64,000 nucleotides of DNA. Origin: an uncultured cyanobacterium. GTDB lineage: Bacteria > Cyanobacteriota > Cyanobacteriia > CAKZMO01. The notes beneath the pieces are model-generated. The model did no database searches, was not told where the DNA came from, and saw nothing but the letters and a program-made list of their open reading frames with translations. Location: positions 160,001-224,000 of the forward strand of contig CAVRCJ010000011.1 of the NCBI GenBank assembly GCA_963719515.1, given 5' to 3'. The position numbers were made by a program, and so were the translations under genes. Numbering within the stretch: position 1 is the stretch's first letter; each line of letters begins with the position of its first letter. Shown one piece after another: positions 39,501 through 48,511 of this stretch.

Positions 39501-40226
39501 GTAGGACAGCAAGAGGTCTACATCTTGGTCGGCATGGGCCAGGCTAGCCTGCACCAAGGCCTCTTGCTCAGGCGACAGCTCAGCTTGCTTACCCAAGAAT
39601 TGCTTTAGCGTTTGCTGGCTTGCCTGAACCGCAGCCACATCTTGAGATCGCAGGAGTAGATCTTGGGGATACTCCCGCTGTTGCCAGATGTGGGCGCGGA
39701 CGAGCAGCTTAGTAAACGCATAGAGATCAACAATGAAATCTGCCAGCAAATTGACCTCGAAAAGGCCGCCTGCTCGGCTATCCCACGGGAGGTGTAGCCA
39801 AGACATCTGCTGCAGCTCGCTGGGCAGCTGCGCGGTCGATGCAGTCGGATTCCACAGCACGAAAATAAGCAGCTTGTTGAGCCTTAGAGCGAGGTTTAGC
39901 TCGCTTTGGCGCGATCTCACCAGCGCGGGTGTAACGATGAAGATCACCACGTCTGCGCCCTGAATGCCTCTTTCTACCTGCGCTTCCCGCGTCGAACCGT
40001 CAATCACATCTTCGAAGTCAATCCAGGGGTCATGCTCTCGCTCTCGCAGTTCTCCATCGAGCAGGCGCACAAAGCCAACGTCTTCGGGGGCATAGGAAAC
40101 AAAGATTTTGTTACTTCTGGCTGTCGACAACCCGATTGCCGTCAAGTCTTCAGCGGCGGGCAAGCGATAGGAGAAGGGAAGTGAGTCCCCTTTTGATCTC
40201 AAGGCCAAGGCAGCAGCGGTATGCAT
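36543..40226 (-). CDS. TIR-TIR-TM-WD40 repeat protein (start could be TTG 40262)
   Basis: KIFVSY..D...PWIDFED and LLSYSHRD...PWVDWKNI...CEQEI TIR_2 domains; TM WALIGGIATAVLLGLSTFSV; about 14 WD40-like repeats. Confidence 0.88.
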   Translation of the reverse strand: MHTAAALALRSKGDSLPFSYRLPAAEDLTAIGLSTARSNKIFVSYAPEDVGFVRLLDGELREREHDPWIDFEDVIDGSTREAQVERGIQGADVVIFIVTPALVRSRQSELNLALRLNKLLIFVLWNPTASTAQLPSELQQMSWLHLPWDSRAGGLFEVNLLADFIVDLYAFTKLLVRAHIWQQREYPQDLLLRSQDVAAVQASQQTLKQFLGKQAELSPEQEALVQASLAHADQDVDLLLSYSHRDSAFVKRLYEGLNEAGHSPWVDWKNIPVASDWQQEVEAGIQAVHTVIFVISPDSALSVHCEQEIKIAQKFNKRIITVLWRSDYNQNRLEALGLSKLHYISFCQLEDFTPALLHLLSAIRTDLNYVRQHQRLMRRALEWDDSNRRDGFLMTPQQLKEVKLWRQHRRPSERDLPELTPLQKKYVTESDRILKTKRRTWALIGGIATAVLLGLSTFSVTIAVEEVRALVNSLEDRRGLDALQVALKASKRLKNYGLLFSSMRSNLRIRAVAALHREIYSLRAANYLEGHEGKVFSVRFSPNGTRLASGGEDGTVRLWGLDGLPLTPPLRGHEEAVIGVTFSADGELLASGSHDGRVKVWTSNGELYTTVPRRHEDRINVVSFSPGGQLLASASNDKTVQLWNRADGFKAPVVLPHAEPVLGLSFSPYGDLLATADAEGTIALWSSTGTLINQFESGSPIIHLEFSPDGKAIASADVRGFAKLYNLDGSAIPLEDNQHLSTVHRVAFSPSGLFLASASQDGTIKVWSKKGALLHTLRGHLGAVYRVQFAENERTIISAGVDDTIKIWSRQQGLLLEEFEGHRDEVLSIAPAPGEEDLLASGSASGTIILWNLDNPINTFPHTNRVHAVRFRPDGRVIASGGRQNIRLWNLAGDLIAHIQATETPTGIINSLDYSPNSQLLVSGESNGQIKLWRPDVSTTEPWRQFAGHDGEISAVRFSPDGTMIASAGADQLIKFWTLDGDLLTTVEHDASLSDLEFVPQRGWLVTSSRSSEPDTPGGITIWSFEVPTDSGVRVVKVKTLSDQGQSTRADDVTSIAVDPEGERLISGNADASVKLWDVEDGLLDTLKGHGDAVLDVGISPDGQLLASASQDGTVKLWNQQGKLISTLRNHHREVSSVQFSPGTGQLDLKANDIALASASYDNRVLLWRLPKDFSGDTLGLLIEEGCGAVGSYLQAQQRRSSSAPQENSETSQAAVEEIIDFCQSNQ

Positions 40227-40610
40227 AGTGGAGTTGAGGGCTGAAAGGAGAACTTGTCCCAAGATATTGTAGACTTTGCCTAAATCCCATCAAGGAAAAA
40301 TCTCATAACTCGTATCAGACGAATAGCCAGCGGCAGGAGACCTCAAGGCCGTTGGCCCATCCCCTAGTTTTCAGCAGCCGTAGGCAGACCTAAACTGGTA
40401 GCCTTACTTCAACACTACAGGGCAAAATCGGGAGTTTCGAAATGAGCGAAGCGCTTTCTTTTAGCTTTTCCCAGATTCGCCAAGCCCGCGCCGCCGCTTT
40501 GAGGGCTGAAGACGTCGCTGAGGCTGCCCGAGTTCTGGGACGTTACCGCGCTCCTGCAGCAGCTGATGGCGCAATCCAGCAGCCCATAATTTACGAGGCA
40601 GCGATCGCCC

Positions 40611-41732
40611 ATGGATTCTTCTAGACTTGAGGGTGGCCGCAGCGCTAGCGCTATTCGCAGCCTTAGTCAGCTGCAAGCTACGCCCACTAACACGAGGCTG
40701 CTGAAGATTGCTTGGGAGCGTCAAAGGGTTTACAGCAGCAACGCAAGCGCATCGCAGAAGAGGTTTTATACGTTTAGGCGCTTGATCTCCTGGCTCAGCG
40801 TGACGGCGATCTTCCTCGCAATTATTCACACCGAGATTCCCAGATTTGAGGAAGTGACAGGCGACTTGCTGATCCTGCTGCCAATCTTGGTCAGCGGGCT
40901 GCTGGCCTTTGCTGTGAAATACGATAGAGGCAACAACTGGCTGCTGCTGCGCGGCAACGCGGAGGCCCTCAAAACAGAAATTTACTACTACCTAACCGGG
41001 GTGGGCCACTACGGCAGGCGGCGGGATGAAGTGCTAGCCCACAGGATAAAGCTGATCAGCGAGCGACTCAAGGGGAGTTCGGTTCACCAGGGCTCTTTGA
41101 GACCGTTTGAGGAGGAAGTCCGGAATTACGGTCTCCTCGGCAATTTGGCCCAGGCTATTCGCCGTACGGTTAGCGATCGCTACGGCACTCTCCGCCAAGC
41201 GCTGCTGGGGCCCCTGTTTCCCGACAGCGGCAAGCCTATAGAGAATCTTTTGCCTGCTGACTACATTCCTCACCGGCTTGAGGCGCAGTTCAACTGGTAT
41301 CGCTACAAGAGCCGTCAGTTCGACCGCCAGCTTCAGCTATTTCAGTCGTTTGTCTATGTGTTTGGAGGACTGGGGACGCTTTTAGCCGCTTTTGGGCAGC
41401 AGGCCTGGGTGGCCACCACCACTGCCGTGGCCGGGGCGCTGCTCAACTACCTGGAGTTTAAGCGGGTGGAGTCGACGCTGGTGGGCTACAACCAAACGGC
41501 AGATGCCCTGTATGACATCCGCACCTGGTGGACGTCGCTATCGGCAGGGCAGCAAAAGCAGTGGCGGAACTTTGAGCTTTTGGTGCAGGGAACGGAGGAG
41601 ACAATTCGCAGTGAGCATACGAGTTGGCTACACGATATGCAGGATAAGCTCGCTCAGATTTACGGACAAACGGACTTTGAGGGGAGCCAGTCAGAAGACG
41701 GCGAGGGGGCTCAGCCGACCCGTGAGGAGTAA
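40611..41732 (+). CDS. DUF4231/SLATT tandem-domain membrane protein
   Basis: two 2-TM modules: NASASQKRF..TM-TM..WLLLRGNAEALKTEIYYY and DYIPHRLEAQFNWY..TM-TM..YNQTADAL..TEETIRSEHTSW. Confidence 0.82.
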   Translation: MDSSRLEGGRSASAIRSLSQLQATPTNTRLLKIAWERQRVYSSNASASQKRFYTFRRLISWLSVTAIFLAIIHTEIPRFEEVTGDLLILLPILVSGLLAFAVKYDRGNNWLLLRGNAEALKTEIYYYLTGVGHYGRRRDEVLAHRIKLISERLKGSSVHQGSLRPFEEEVRNYGLLGNLAQAIRRTVSDRYGTLRQALLGPLFPDSGKPIENLLPADYIPHRLEAQFNWYRYKSRQFDRQLQLFQSFVYVFGGLGTLLAAFGQQAWVATTTAVAGALLNYLEFKRVESTLVGYNQTADALYDIRTWWTSLSAGQQKQWRNFELLVQGTEETIRSEHTSWLHDMQDKLAQIYGQTDFEGSQSEDGEGAQPTREE

Positions 41733-41800
41733 TCGCGACGGCTAGACAGACCTGATAGTCTCTTCTCGTTCTGGCCCGTACCGACAAGCGCAGCTCTAGC

Positions 41801-42250
41801 TCACAGGGGCGAGAGCGATCGCTGGCAGGCGGGGCATACGGCGTGGATAGTGAGCTGGCAGTCTAGGAGGTGGTAGCCCTCTTTTTGAGCTGTTCTCACG
41901 CCCGTCTTCAAGATAGAGTCATTTTTAAACTCAGTTGTCTTGCTGCAGCGAACGCACACGAGATGATGGTGGTGGTGGGGACGAGGCCGGTTGAGCTCAT
42001 AGCTCTTATAGCCCTCGGATAGCTCCAGCTCCCGCAGAATTCCCATGCGGGCCATCAGCTTCAAGTTGCGATAGATGGTGGATAGGCTAACCTTTTCCCC
42101 CTGCTCGTCTAGCAGCGTACAGACCTCCTCGGCGTTGAGGTGACGGCCCTCTTCAAGATCTTGAAAAAACTGCAGAATCTTCTCTCGCTGGGGGGTGAGC
42201 CGCCAGCCCCGCTCATTTAGCTCTGCTTTAAGGGCGGTGACGCTATACAT
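41801..42250 (-). CDS. fur: ferric uptake regulator (FurA-like)
   Basis: LKAELNERGWRLTPQRE, SLSTIYR, HHHHHLVCVRC, CPAC. Confidence 0.92.
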   Translation of the reverse strand: MYSVTALKAELNERGWRLTPQREKILQFFQDLEEGRHLNAEEVCTLLDEQGEKVSLSTIYRNLKLMARMGILRELELSEGYKSYELNRPRPHHHHHLVCVRCSKTTEFKNDSILKTGVRTAQKEGYHLLDCQLTIHAVCPACQRSLSPL

Positions 42251-42300
42251 GGCGGTTGACCTCGCGGTGGCAGTAATGACGGTGGCAATAGTGATGGCTT

Positions 42301-42366
42301 ATTGATAATGATATCGAAAGAATCAGTAAATTTGCAAGAACAGCGCCTTATTGAGAATTGATGTTG
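42301..42366. promoter_or_regulatory. putative Fur boxes between divergent fur and futB
   Basis: TTGATAATGATATC (Fur-box-like half) and TTATTGAGAATT (reverse complement AATTCTCAATAA, like the cyanobacterial FurA consensus). Confidence 0.55.
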
Positions 42367-42454
42367 ATATGGGTATTCACAGTCTCGTAGGATTGATCTA
42401 CCGTTGTTAAATGGCTTCAAAAAACGCTCTATCGGCGAGCAGGCACGGCCCAGA

Positions 42455-44146
42455 ATGGATCGCTCCCCCTCATTGCAGGTCATCACCAGACGTCTAGCGA
42501 GGCTTCGTCAGCGCCAATCTCAGTTCAGCGTCTGGTCGCTGGTCACTTTGGCGATCGCCCTGCTGATTTTGCTGCCCATTTTGGTGGTGCTCAGCAGCCT
42601 ATTTGCCGACTCCGGCGACATTTGGAGCCATTTAGGGGCTACCGTCCTGCCGATCTACATTCGCAATTCGCTGCTGCTGATGGCGGGCGTTGGGTTTGGG
42701 GTGATTGCGCTTGGGGTGAGCGCTGCCTGGCTGGTGACCACCTGCCGGTTTCCGGGGCGACGGCTGTTCGAGTGGGGGCTACTGCTGCCCCTGGCGGCCC
42801 CGGCCTATGTGCTGGCCTACGTCTACACCGACCTGCTAGATTACTTCGGCCCGGTGCAGTCGGCCTTAAGGGCCCTGTTTGGCTGGCAGGGCAGCGGCGA
42901 CTACTGGTTCCCCCAGGTGCGATCGCTGGCGGGGGCCGCGATAATGCTCTCTCTAGTGCTCTACCCCTACGTCTATATGCTGGTGCGGGTAGCGTTTTTA
43001 GAGCAGTCGCTCTGCACCATTGAGGCTAGCCGATCTCTGGGCTGCAGCCCCTGGCAAAGCTTTTGGCGAGTGGCCCTGCCCCTGGCGCGGCCCACCATCG
43101 CGGCGGGTACGTCTTTGGCCCTGATGGAAACCCTCAGCGACTTTGGCACGGTGCAGTATTTTGGCGTCGAGACCTTTACCACCGGCATCTATCGCACCTG
43201 GTTTGGCCTAGGGGAGCGGGTGGCGGCCTCGCAGCTGTCGTCGGTGCTGCTGCTGTTTATCCTGGCTCTAGTGGTGCTAGAGCAGCGATCGCGGCGACAG
43301 AGCCGCTACTACCAAACTGCCGCTGCTCCGCAGCAGAGGTCAACCTACAAGCTGACGGGCTGGCGAGCGGGGGGGGCTTGGCTAGCCTGTGCCCTGCCGC
43401 TGGGCCTTGGCTTTGGGATCCCGTCGCTGGTGCTGCTGCTGTTGGCGATCGCCAACGCGACTGAAAACTTCACGGACAATTTCTGGAGCTACGCGCGCAA
43501 CAGCGTTTTAGTCGCCAGCGTCACGGCGGTCATCGGAATTGCGCTGGCCCTCATCCTGGCCTACGGGCGGCGGCTGCAGCCGGGTCTGCTAATGAATGCC
43601 GCCGTGCGCACGGCGGCGCTTGGCTATGCCTTTCCGGGTATCGTCATTGCGGTGGGTATCCTGATTCCGGCAGGCGCAGTTGACAACGCCCTAGACGCCT
43701 GGATGGAGCGGACGTTTGGCGTTTCGACGGGGCTGCTGCTCAGCGGAACGATTGTGGCCTTGGTGCTCGCCTACCTGGTGCGATTTTTGGCGGTGGCGTT
43801 CAACACGGTGAATACAGGGCTGCTGCGCATCAAGCCCAGCCTCGATGAGGTGTCCCGGTCTTTGGGCCATACCCCAACCCAGACGTTACTGGAGGTCCAC
43901 GCGCCGCTGATGCGGGCAAGCCTGTTGACCGCCGCCATTCTCGTGTTTGTAGACGTGATGAAGGAGCTGCCCGCCACCCTAATCGTGCGGCCCTTTAATT
44001 TCGATACACTGGCGGTCCAGGTGTATCGGCTGGCGTCGGACGAGCGGCTGAGCGAAGCGGCGGCCCCGGCCCTAGCCATTATCGTGGCGGGGCTGCTGCC
44101 GGTAGCCCTGCTCAGCTGGCGGATTCGCCACAAGCGCGTCGTGTGA
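42455..44146 (+). CDS. futB: Fe(III) ABC transporter permease
   Basis: two EAA-loop modules (IEASRSLG, LDEVSRSLG), LMETLSDFG, DVMKELPATL. Confidence 0.9.
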   Translation: MDRSPSLQVITRRLARLRQRQSQFSVWSLVTLAIALLILLPILVVLSSLFADSGDIWSHLGATVLPIYIRNSLLLMAGVGFGVIALGVSAAWLVTTCRFPGRRLFEWGLLLPLAAPAYVLAYVYTDLLDYFGPVQSALRALFGWQGSGDYWFPQVRSLAGAAIMLSLVLYPYVYMLVRVAFLEQSLCTIEASRSLGCSPWQSFWRVALPLARPTIAAGTSLALMETLSDFGTVQYFGVETFTTGIYRTWFGLGERVAASQLSSVLLLFILALVVLEQRSRRQSRYYQTAAAPQQRSTYKLTGWRAGGAWLACALPLGLGFGIPSLVLLLLAIANATENFTDNFWSYARNSVLVASVTAVIGIALALILAYGRRLQPGLLMNAAVRTAALGYAFPGIVIAVGILIPAGAVDNALDAWMERTFGVSTGLLLSGTIVALVLAYLVRFLAVAFNTVNTGLLRIKPSLDEVSRSLGHTPTQTLLEVHAPLMRASLLTAAILVFVDVMKELPATLIVRPFNFDTLAVQVYRLASDERLSEAAAPALAIIVAGLLPVALLSWRIRHKRVV

Positions 44147-44266
44147 GCCGAGGTCATCGACCGAAGTCCGGGATGGTATCACCTCCCCTTGACCCATCAT
44201 CGCCTTACACTGTAGTTGCGCTGCCCGTAGCGTAGCGCCCCACAGCGACCCCCACCATCGATTGCT

Positions 44267-44746
44267 ATGTTTATCGAACTATTATTCAACGCCGCCAATA
44301 TTTTCGTGCTGCCCTTTTGGGCCGCGATGATTGTGCTCCCCAACTGGCAGGTCACCCGCCGCGTCATGGCGTCGATGCTGCCTTTTGTTGCCCTCGCCCT
44401 GCTCTACGTCTACTTTTTTGTCCTCAGCGTCACGCCAGAGACCGCTCAGTCATTCAGCAGCGCCGGCCTATCGGAGATTGCCCAGCTGTTTGCCGACGAG
44501 CGCGTTGCCGCCACCGGCTGGGTTCACTTTTTGGTGATGGATTTACTCGCCGGACGCTGGATCTATCAAGACGGACAGACTAACGGGATCTTCACGCGCC
44601 ACTCGCTGGCGCTGTGCCTGTTTGCTGGACCCATGGGATTACTCTCCCACGTGGTCACCCGCTGGATTGTCAACGCTCGGCGAGCCGCTGATGGCGAGGT
44701 ACCGGTGGGGGAGGCTGCCGCGCCGCCCACCTCTAGCCAGGCTTAG
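44267..44746 (+). CDS. ABA4-like (DUF4281) membrane protein
   Basis: VLPFWAAMIVLPNW, GWVHFLVMDL..GRWIY, LCLFAGPMGLLSH. Confidence 0.88.
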   Translation: MFIELLFNAANIFVLPFWAAMIVLPNWQVTRRVMASMLPFVALALLYVYFFVLSVTPETAQSFSSAGLSEIAQLFADERVAATGWVHFLVMDLLAGRWIYQDGQTNGIFTRHSLALCLFAGPMGLLSHVVTRWIVNARRAADGEVPVGEAAAPPTSSQA

Positions 44747-44876
44747 CCACCCGGCGCAGGCCAAGGCGGAATGATCTGATGCGAGGCTCAAAGCGGGAAA
44801 GGAGCTTTGCAGTAGCCGTCAAAGATGCGATTGTGTCACCATATGGGTGACGCATCCCTAAACCCCAAGTACCACT

Positions 44877-45086
44877 ATGAACGAGCTTTCACCGTTAATT
44901 AGAGAAATATCTAGCCATCCGGTTGCCTTCTTTGGAGGCTTCTTCTCCGGCGTCTTTCGCCTGAACCTCAACGACGACCCGGTTAAAAACTGGTTGTCAG
45001 AGCATAACGTTAACGGCCCGGTCCAGCCGCCATCTGTCCGACCTGGAGACAACGGCAGCGGTCCCCAATCGATTTCTATTGACTAG
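44877..45086 (+). CDS. conserved cyanobacterial small protein
   Basis: PVAFFGGFFSGVFRLNLNDDPVKNWL...GPQSISID. Confidence 0.8.
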   Translation: MNELSPLIREISSHPVAFFGGFFSGVFRLNLNDDPVKNWLSEHNVNGPVQPPSVRPGDNGSGPQSISID

Positions 45087-45097
45087 ACCTGACGGCA

Positions 45098-45135
45098 GCT
45101 GAGTAGGGGTAGGGCGGCCTTGCCCCCACTCAGCC
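45098..45135. terminator. hairpin between convergent genes
   Basis: GCTGAGT..GGGG / CCCC..ACTCAGC. Confidence 0.55.
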
Positions 45136-45140
45136 CTAGC

Positions 45141-45989
45141 CTACAGGCCGGAAATGGCGTGGCTGGGCACGCCTAGAGGCGTCAGTAGCTCATCAAGCCA
45201 AGAGACTACCTGAAGCCGCAGCCGGCAAGAGCGCCGATTTGCGGTTTCGTAAGAGAGCGGCAGCTGCTGCAGCGCCTGGTAGTAATCGGCAACAGCGCAG
45301 TTCCAATCGCCATCGAGGTGATATGTGCGACCTCTTTCCGCGTAGATATGGCCTTCTAGCAGGCGGAAGCTGAGCGCTACCTCAAAGCAGTGCAGTGCGC
45401 GCTCGTACTGATGCATTTCTCGGAACGTAATGCCTTGGTTAATCCAAGCCCGCACGTTATGAGGATTGAGGTCGATGGCGGTTTCGTAGTCCAGGATGGC
45501 TTCCGATAAACGGCCTTGATGGGCATAGTAGTTGGCCCGGTTGTTGTATACCCGGTCGAGCAGTGGGTTTAGCTCGATCGCCTGGTTGTAGTCGGCGATC
45601 GCCTGCTCTGGCTGGTTACTTTGGAAATAGACTAGGCCTCTATTGTTGTAGTCCGTGGCGCTGCTGGGGTTGAGGGCGATCAAATGGGTAAATAGGGCGA
45701 TCGCCGTAATGTTGTTGCCCTTTCGAGCTTCGTCCAAGGCACGTTGACGGATGCGAGATGATTGCTCTAGCTTTGCCTCATGTTGAATCAGTATTTCCAA
45801 TAGCTGGGCTGGACACCCTTCTGGGTCAACCGCCGCTTTAGGCGCGTCGCTGCTGGAGGAAGTTGCCTGGGCATCTTCAGGAAATACGGGTAACGTTAGG
45901 GCTTCAGGAGTTGTCAGGAACAGAGTATTCTCAGTGAGAGCGTGACGATTTCTAGCAGAGTGCGCGTCCATTCTAGGCCTCGTGATCAA
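45141..45989 (-). CDS. TPR repeat protein (start uncertain)
   Basis: YNNRGLVY, AIADYNQAIELNP, AWINQG repeats. Confidence 0.85.
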   Translation of the reverse strand: MITRPRMDAHSARNRHALTENTLFLTTPEALTLPVFPEDAQATSSSSDAPKAAVDPEGCPAQLLEILIQHEAKLEQSSRIRQRALDEARKGNNITAIALFTHLIALNPSSATDYNNRGLVYFQSNQPEQAIADYNQAIELNPLLDRVYNNRANYYAHQGRLSEAILDYETAIDLNPHNVRAWINQGITFREMHQYERALHCFEVALSFRLLEGHIYAERGRTYHLDGDWNCAVADYYQALQQLPLSYETANRRSCRLRLQVVSWLDELLTPLGVPSHAISGL

Positions 45990-46471
45990 GATTGGTGTTG
46001 TAAACGTCTAAGGTTGCGGGCGGCGCTGCCCTAATTGCAGTGCTAGCACCCGCCAATGGTTTGGTAAATGCACTCCTATACTCTTTGATACGGGGTTGAG
46101 CTACTGTTGTTCGAGGTTGAAACTACGGAAATTTGATTTGGGGCTTTAGGGGGACATACCCCACAACTCCCTGCAAAGCCCGACTCAACGGGCTAAACGC
46201 CCGACAGCACAAAGGTTTACTTAACGAAAAGCGGTGGGAGCGCGAATTTACGTAGTCCTACGGATGCCGCTCGAGTTTTGCGAGAAAGCGCAGTCTTTTC
46301 AGCGGTTGGCGGCGGCTTTGTTGTAACGGTAACGACCATATCTCAGCATCTACGTAATTAGTCGGGGCTGGTATTGGTGACGGTTCTCTACGGTTTACAA
46401 GGGGAAACGCAATAACGCAGAGCGCCCGCGATAGAATGACAGCCGTTGACCGTTCGCAAAGGACTATGCCT

Positions 46472-46933
46472 AGCATGACCAATCATTCAGCTACCGATAT
46501 CTCAGACCATGCTGAGAGCTACGTTGTTCTAGGGCTAGCGCACTGTTTTGTTCGCGACGAGGGAGAGGTCCACGAAGTCGAGGTCGTCGAGCCAATCCCG
46601 TCTGCGGCTTTAGAGGCTTTGCTCAAAGGCATTCCAACCTCATACAACAAAGCCTGTGCTGTTCTGCTAGGGGACGTGCTGCAGCAGGAGACGCCTCAGC
46701 TGCCCTCCGTTTTCCCAGACAGTGCTCAAATCTGTGACGATTTTGCAAGCCGTGCGTTAGCCGCTGCCCGCACTTACCAAACTAACGAGAGTGCCCAGAC
46801 GCATATTCCGACGGGGTCGGTCTATGACGCATTCAACTTCTCGACGGAGCGAAAGCGTATCCTCAATTCAGAGCGCATTATCAAAACCGAGGATAACGTC
46901 AAGCAACATGAGTATACCCACAAGGTTTTGTGA
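46472..46933 (+). CDS. conserved cyanobacterial hypothetical protein
   Basis: YVVLGLAHCF...EPIPSAALEALLKGIPTSY...DNVKQHEYTHKVL; start could be 46436 or 46457. Confidence 0.8.
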   Translation, partial: SMTNHSATDISDHAESYVVLGLAHCFVRDEGEVHEVEVVEPIPSAALEALLKGIPTSYNKACAVLLGDVLQQETPQLPSVFPDSAQICDDFASRALAAARTYQTNESAQTHIPTGSVYDAFNFSTERKRILNSERIIKTEDNVKQHEYTHKVL

Positions 46934-47167
46934 GCTATCGCGGATTATTCCGTCTTAAGGCGTTTTAAGCCCAAATGCGGGGGATTTTCCATGCGCAGCG
47001 CCTCGGGTAAAGGCAAGTTCTGCCCGAAGCGCTGGCAGCCGCTATTGTGTCGAAAGGTATGCATTGATTAACTTTCAAGACAGGGTGTAACGCTCATAGA
47101 CACAAAGTTGATAACCTTACATTTACGTTGGTTTATTAAATCAATATAAAAAAGAGGCAACTTAATT

Positions 47168-47275
47168 ATGAACTCACGACACTTAGGCGAATCTGTGTCA
47201 ATGGGCGTCGTCCTGTTCTTGGCAAGCTTTAGCATCATTGGGCTAATGGCGCTGCAAAGCGGCGCGCTGCGATAG
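47168..47275 (+). CDS. 35-aa single-TM microprotein (not in ORF track)
   Basis: AAGAGG SD, MNSRHLGESVSMGVVLFLASFSIIGLMALQSGALR*, AT-rich upstream region, downstream terminator. Confidence 0.6.
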   Translation: MNSRHLGESVSMGVVLFLASFSIIGLMALQSGALR

Positions 47276-47332
47276 CGCTTTTAATCTCCGTTGAGTCTCA
47301 ATCGATTTAACTTTCAGCATTCATCCGTCTCC

Positions 47333-47366
47333 TATCCCCTGTGACAACGCAGGGGATATTTTTTTT
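47333..47366 (+). terminator. Rho-independent terminator
   Basis: TATCCCCTG-loop-CAGGGGATA followed by a T run. Confidence 0.85.
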
Positions 47367-47409
47367 GCCGAAGTCAGGCGATCGCCCTCGGCGGCTCTGA
47401 TGTGGGTGA

Positions 47410-48504
47410 CTATAGCCAGTGGCCAAACTCATCCAAAAAGCGATCGCTCAAAATCGCCTCGCGGATGCGCACCGTGAACCGCACCAGCTCGGTGATGTTG
47501 TGAATCGACAGCAGGGTGTGGGCGAGCTGCTCCCGCGCGTGGATGAGGTGGCTGAGGTAGGCGCGGGAGTAGCGGCTGCAGGTGTAGCAGGGGCAGCGCT
47601 CATCTAAAGGCGTGAAGTCTTCTCGAAAGCGGGCGTTCTTTAGGTTCCAGCGCTCCCCCTCTACGATGGCGCTGCCGTGGCGGGCCAGACGGGTAGGAAT
47701 CACGCAGTCAAACAGGTCAATGCCAGCGGCTATAGCCTGGGCCATCTCTCGGTGGGTGCCGACTCCCATCAGGTAGCGGGGCTTTGTGGGGGGCAGTAGG
47801 GGCGTAGTGGCCTTAACGATATTTTGAATCAGCTCCGGCGGCTCCCCAACGCTGACCCCGCCTACCGCGTACCCCGGCAGGTCAAACTCCAGCAGCGATC
47901 GCGCCGCGCTCTGGCGCAGGTCGGGGTAGACGCCCCCCTGCACGATGCCAAACAGCGCCTGATGGGGTTGGTCGTGCTCGGTAACGCAGCGCCCCAGCCA
48001 GCGATAGGTGCGCTCGGTAGCCTGCTGCACCTCTTCGCGGGTGGCGGGGTAGGGGGGACATTCGTCAAAGGCCATGATCACGTCGGCCCCCAAGGTGTTT
48101 TGAATCTGCACCGAGCGCTCCGGCGTCAGGTGGATCATGTCCCCATTTTTGGGAGAGCGAAAGGTGACCCCCTCCTCGGTGATGGTGCGCATCTTGCTCA
48201 GGCTAAACACCTGGAAGCCGCCTGAGTCGGTGAGCATAGGGCCGTCCCAGCCCATAAAGCGGTGCAGCCCGCCCCCCCGAGCGACGATGTCTTCCCCTGG
48301 CTGTAGGTGCAGGTGATAGGTATTGGAGAGCACCATCTGCGCTCCTGTCTGCTGCAGCTGCTCGGTGGTGACGGTTTTGACGTTGGCCAGCGTGCCTACG
48401 GGCATGAAGCGGGGGGTTTCTACGGGGCCGTGGGGCGTCTCGAAGACGCCCGCGCGGGCGTGGGTGTGGGAGCAGCGCGACTGGAGGTGGTACTGAAATG
48501 TCAT
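47410..48504 (-). CDS. tgt: tRNA-guanine transglycosylase
   Basis: [49 protein letters not shown]. Confidence 0.96.
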   Translation of the reverse strand: MTFQYHLQSRCSHTHARAGVFETPHGPVETPRFMPVGTLANVKTVTTEQLQQTGAQMVLSNTYHLHLQPGEDIVARGGGLHRFMGWDGPMLTDSGGFQVFSLSKMRTITEEGVTFRSPKNGDMIHLTPERSVQIQNTLGADVIMAFDECPPYPATREEVQQATERTYRWLGRCVTEHDQPHQALFGIVQGGVYPDLRQSAARSLLEFDLPGYAVGGVSVGEPPELIQNIVKATTPLLPPTKPRYLMGVGTHREMAQAIAAGIDLFDCVIPTRLARHGSAIVEGERWNLKNARFREDFTPLDERCPCYTCSRYSRAYLSHLIHAREQLAHTLLSIHNITELVRFTVRIREAILSDRFLDEFGHWL

Positions 48505-48511
48505 TTTATGG

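Noticed and set aside
36543..40262. NACHT/STAND (Avs) classification
   Set aside because: No Walker A/B motifs between the TIR and WD40 regions
46140..46215. c-di-GMP-I riboswitch
   Set aside because: GCAAAGCC is present but the GAAA-tetraloop P2 and P1 are missing; better explained as a simple GGGCTTT/AAAGCCC hairpin
47410..48504. DpdA-type DNA deazaguanine modification system
   Set aside because: Sequence is canonical tRNA TGT in a housekeeping context with no dpd genes
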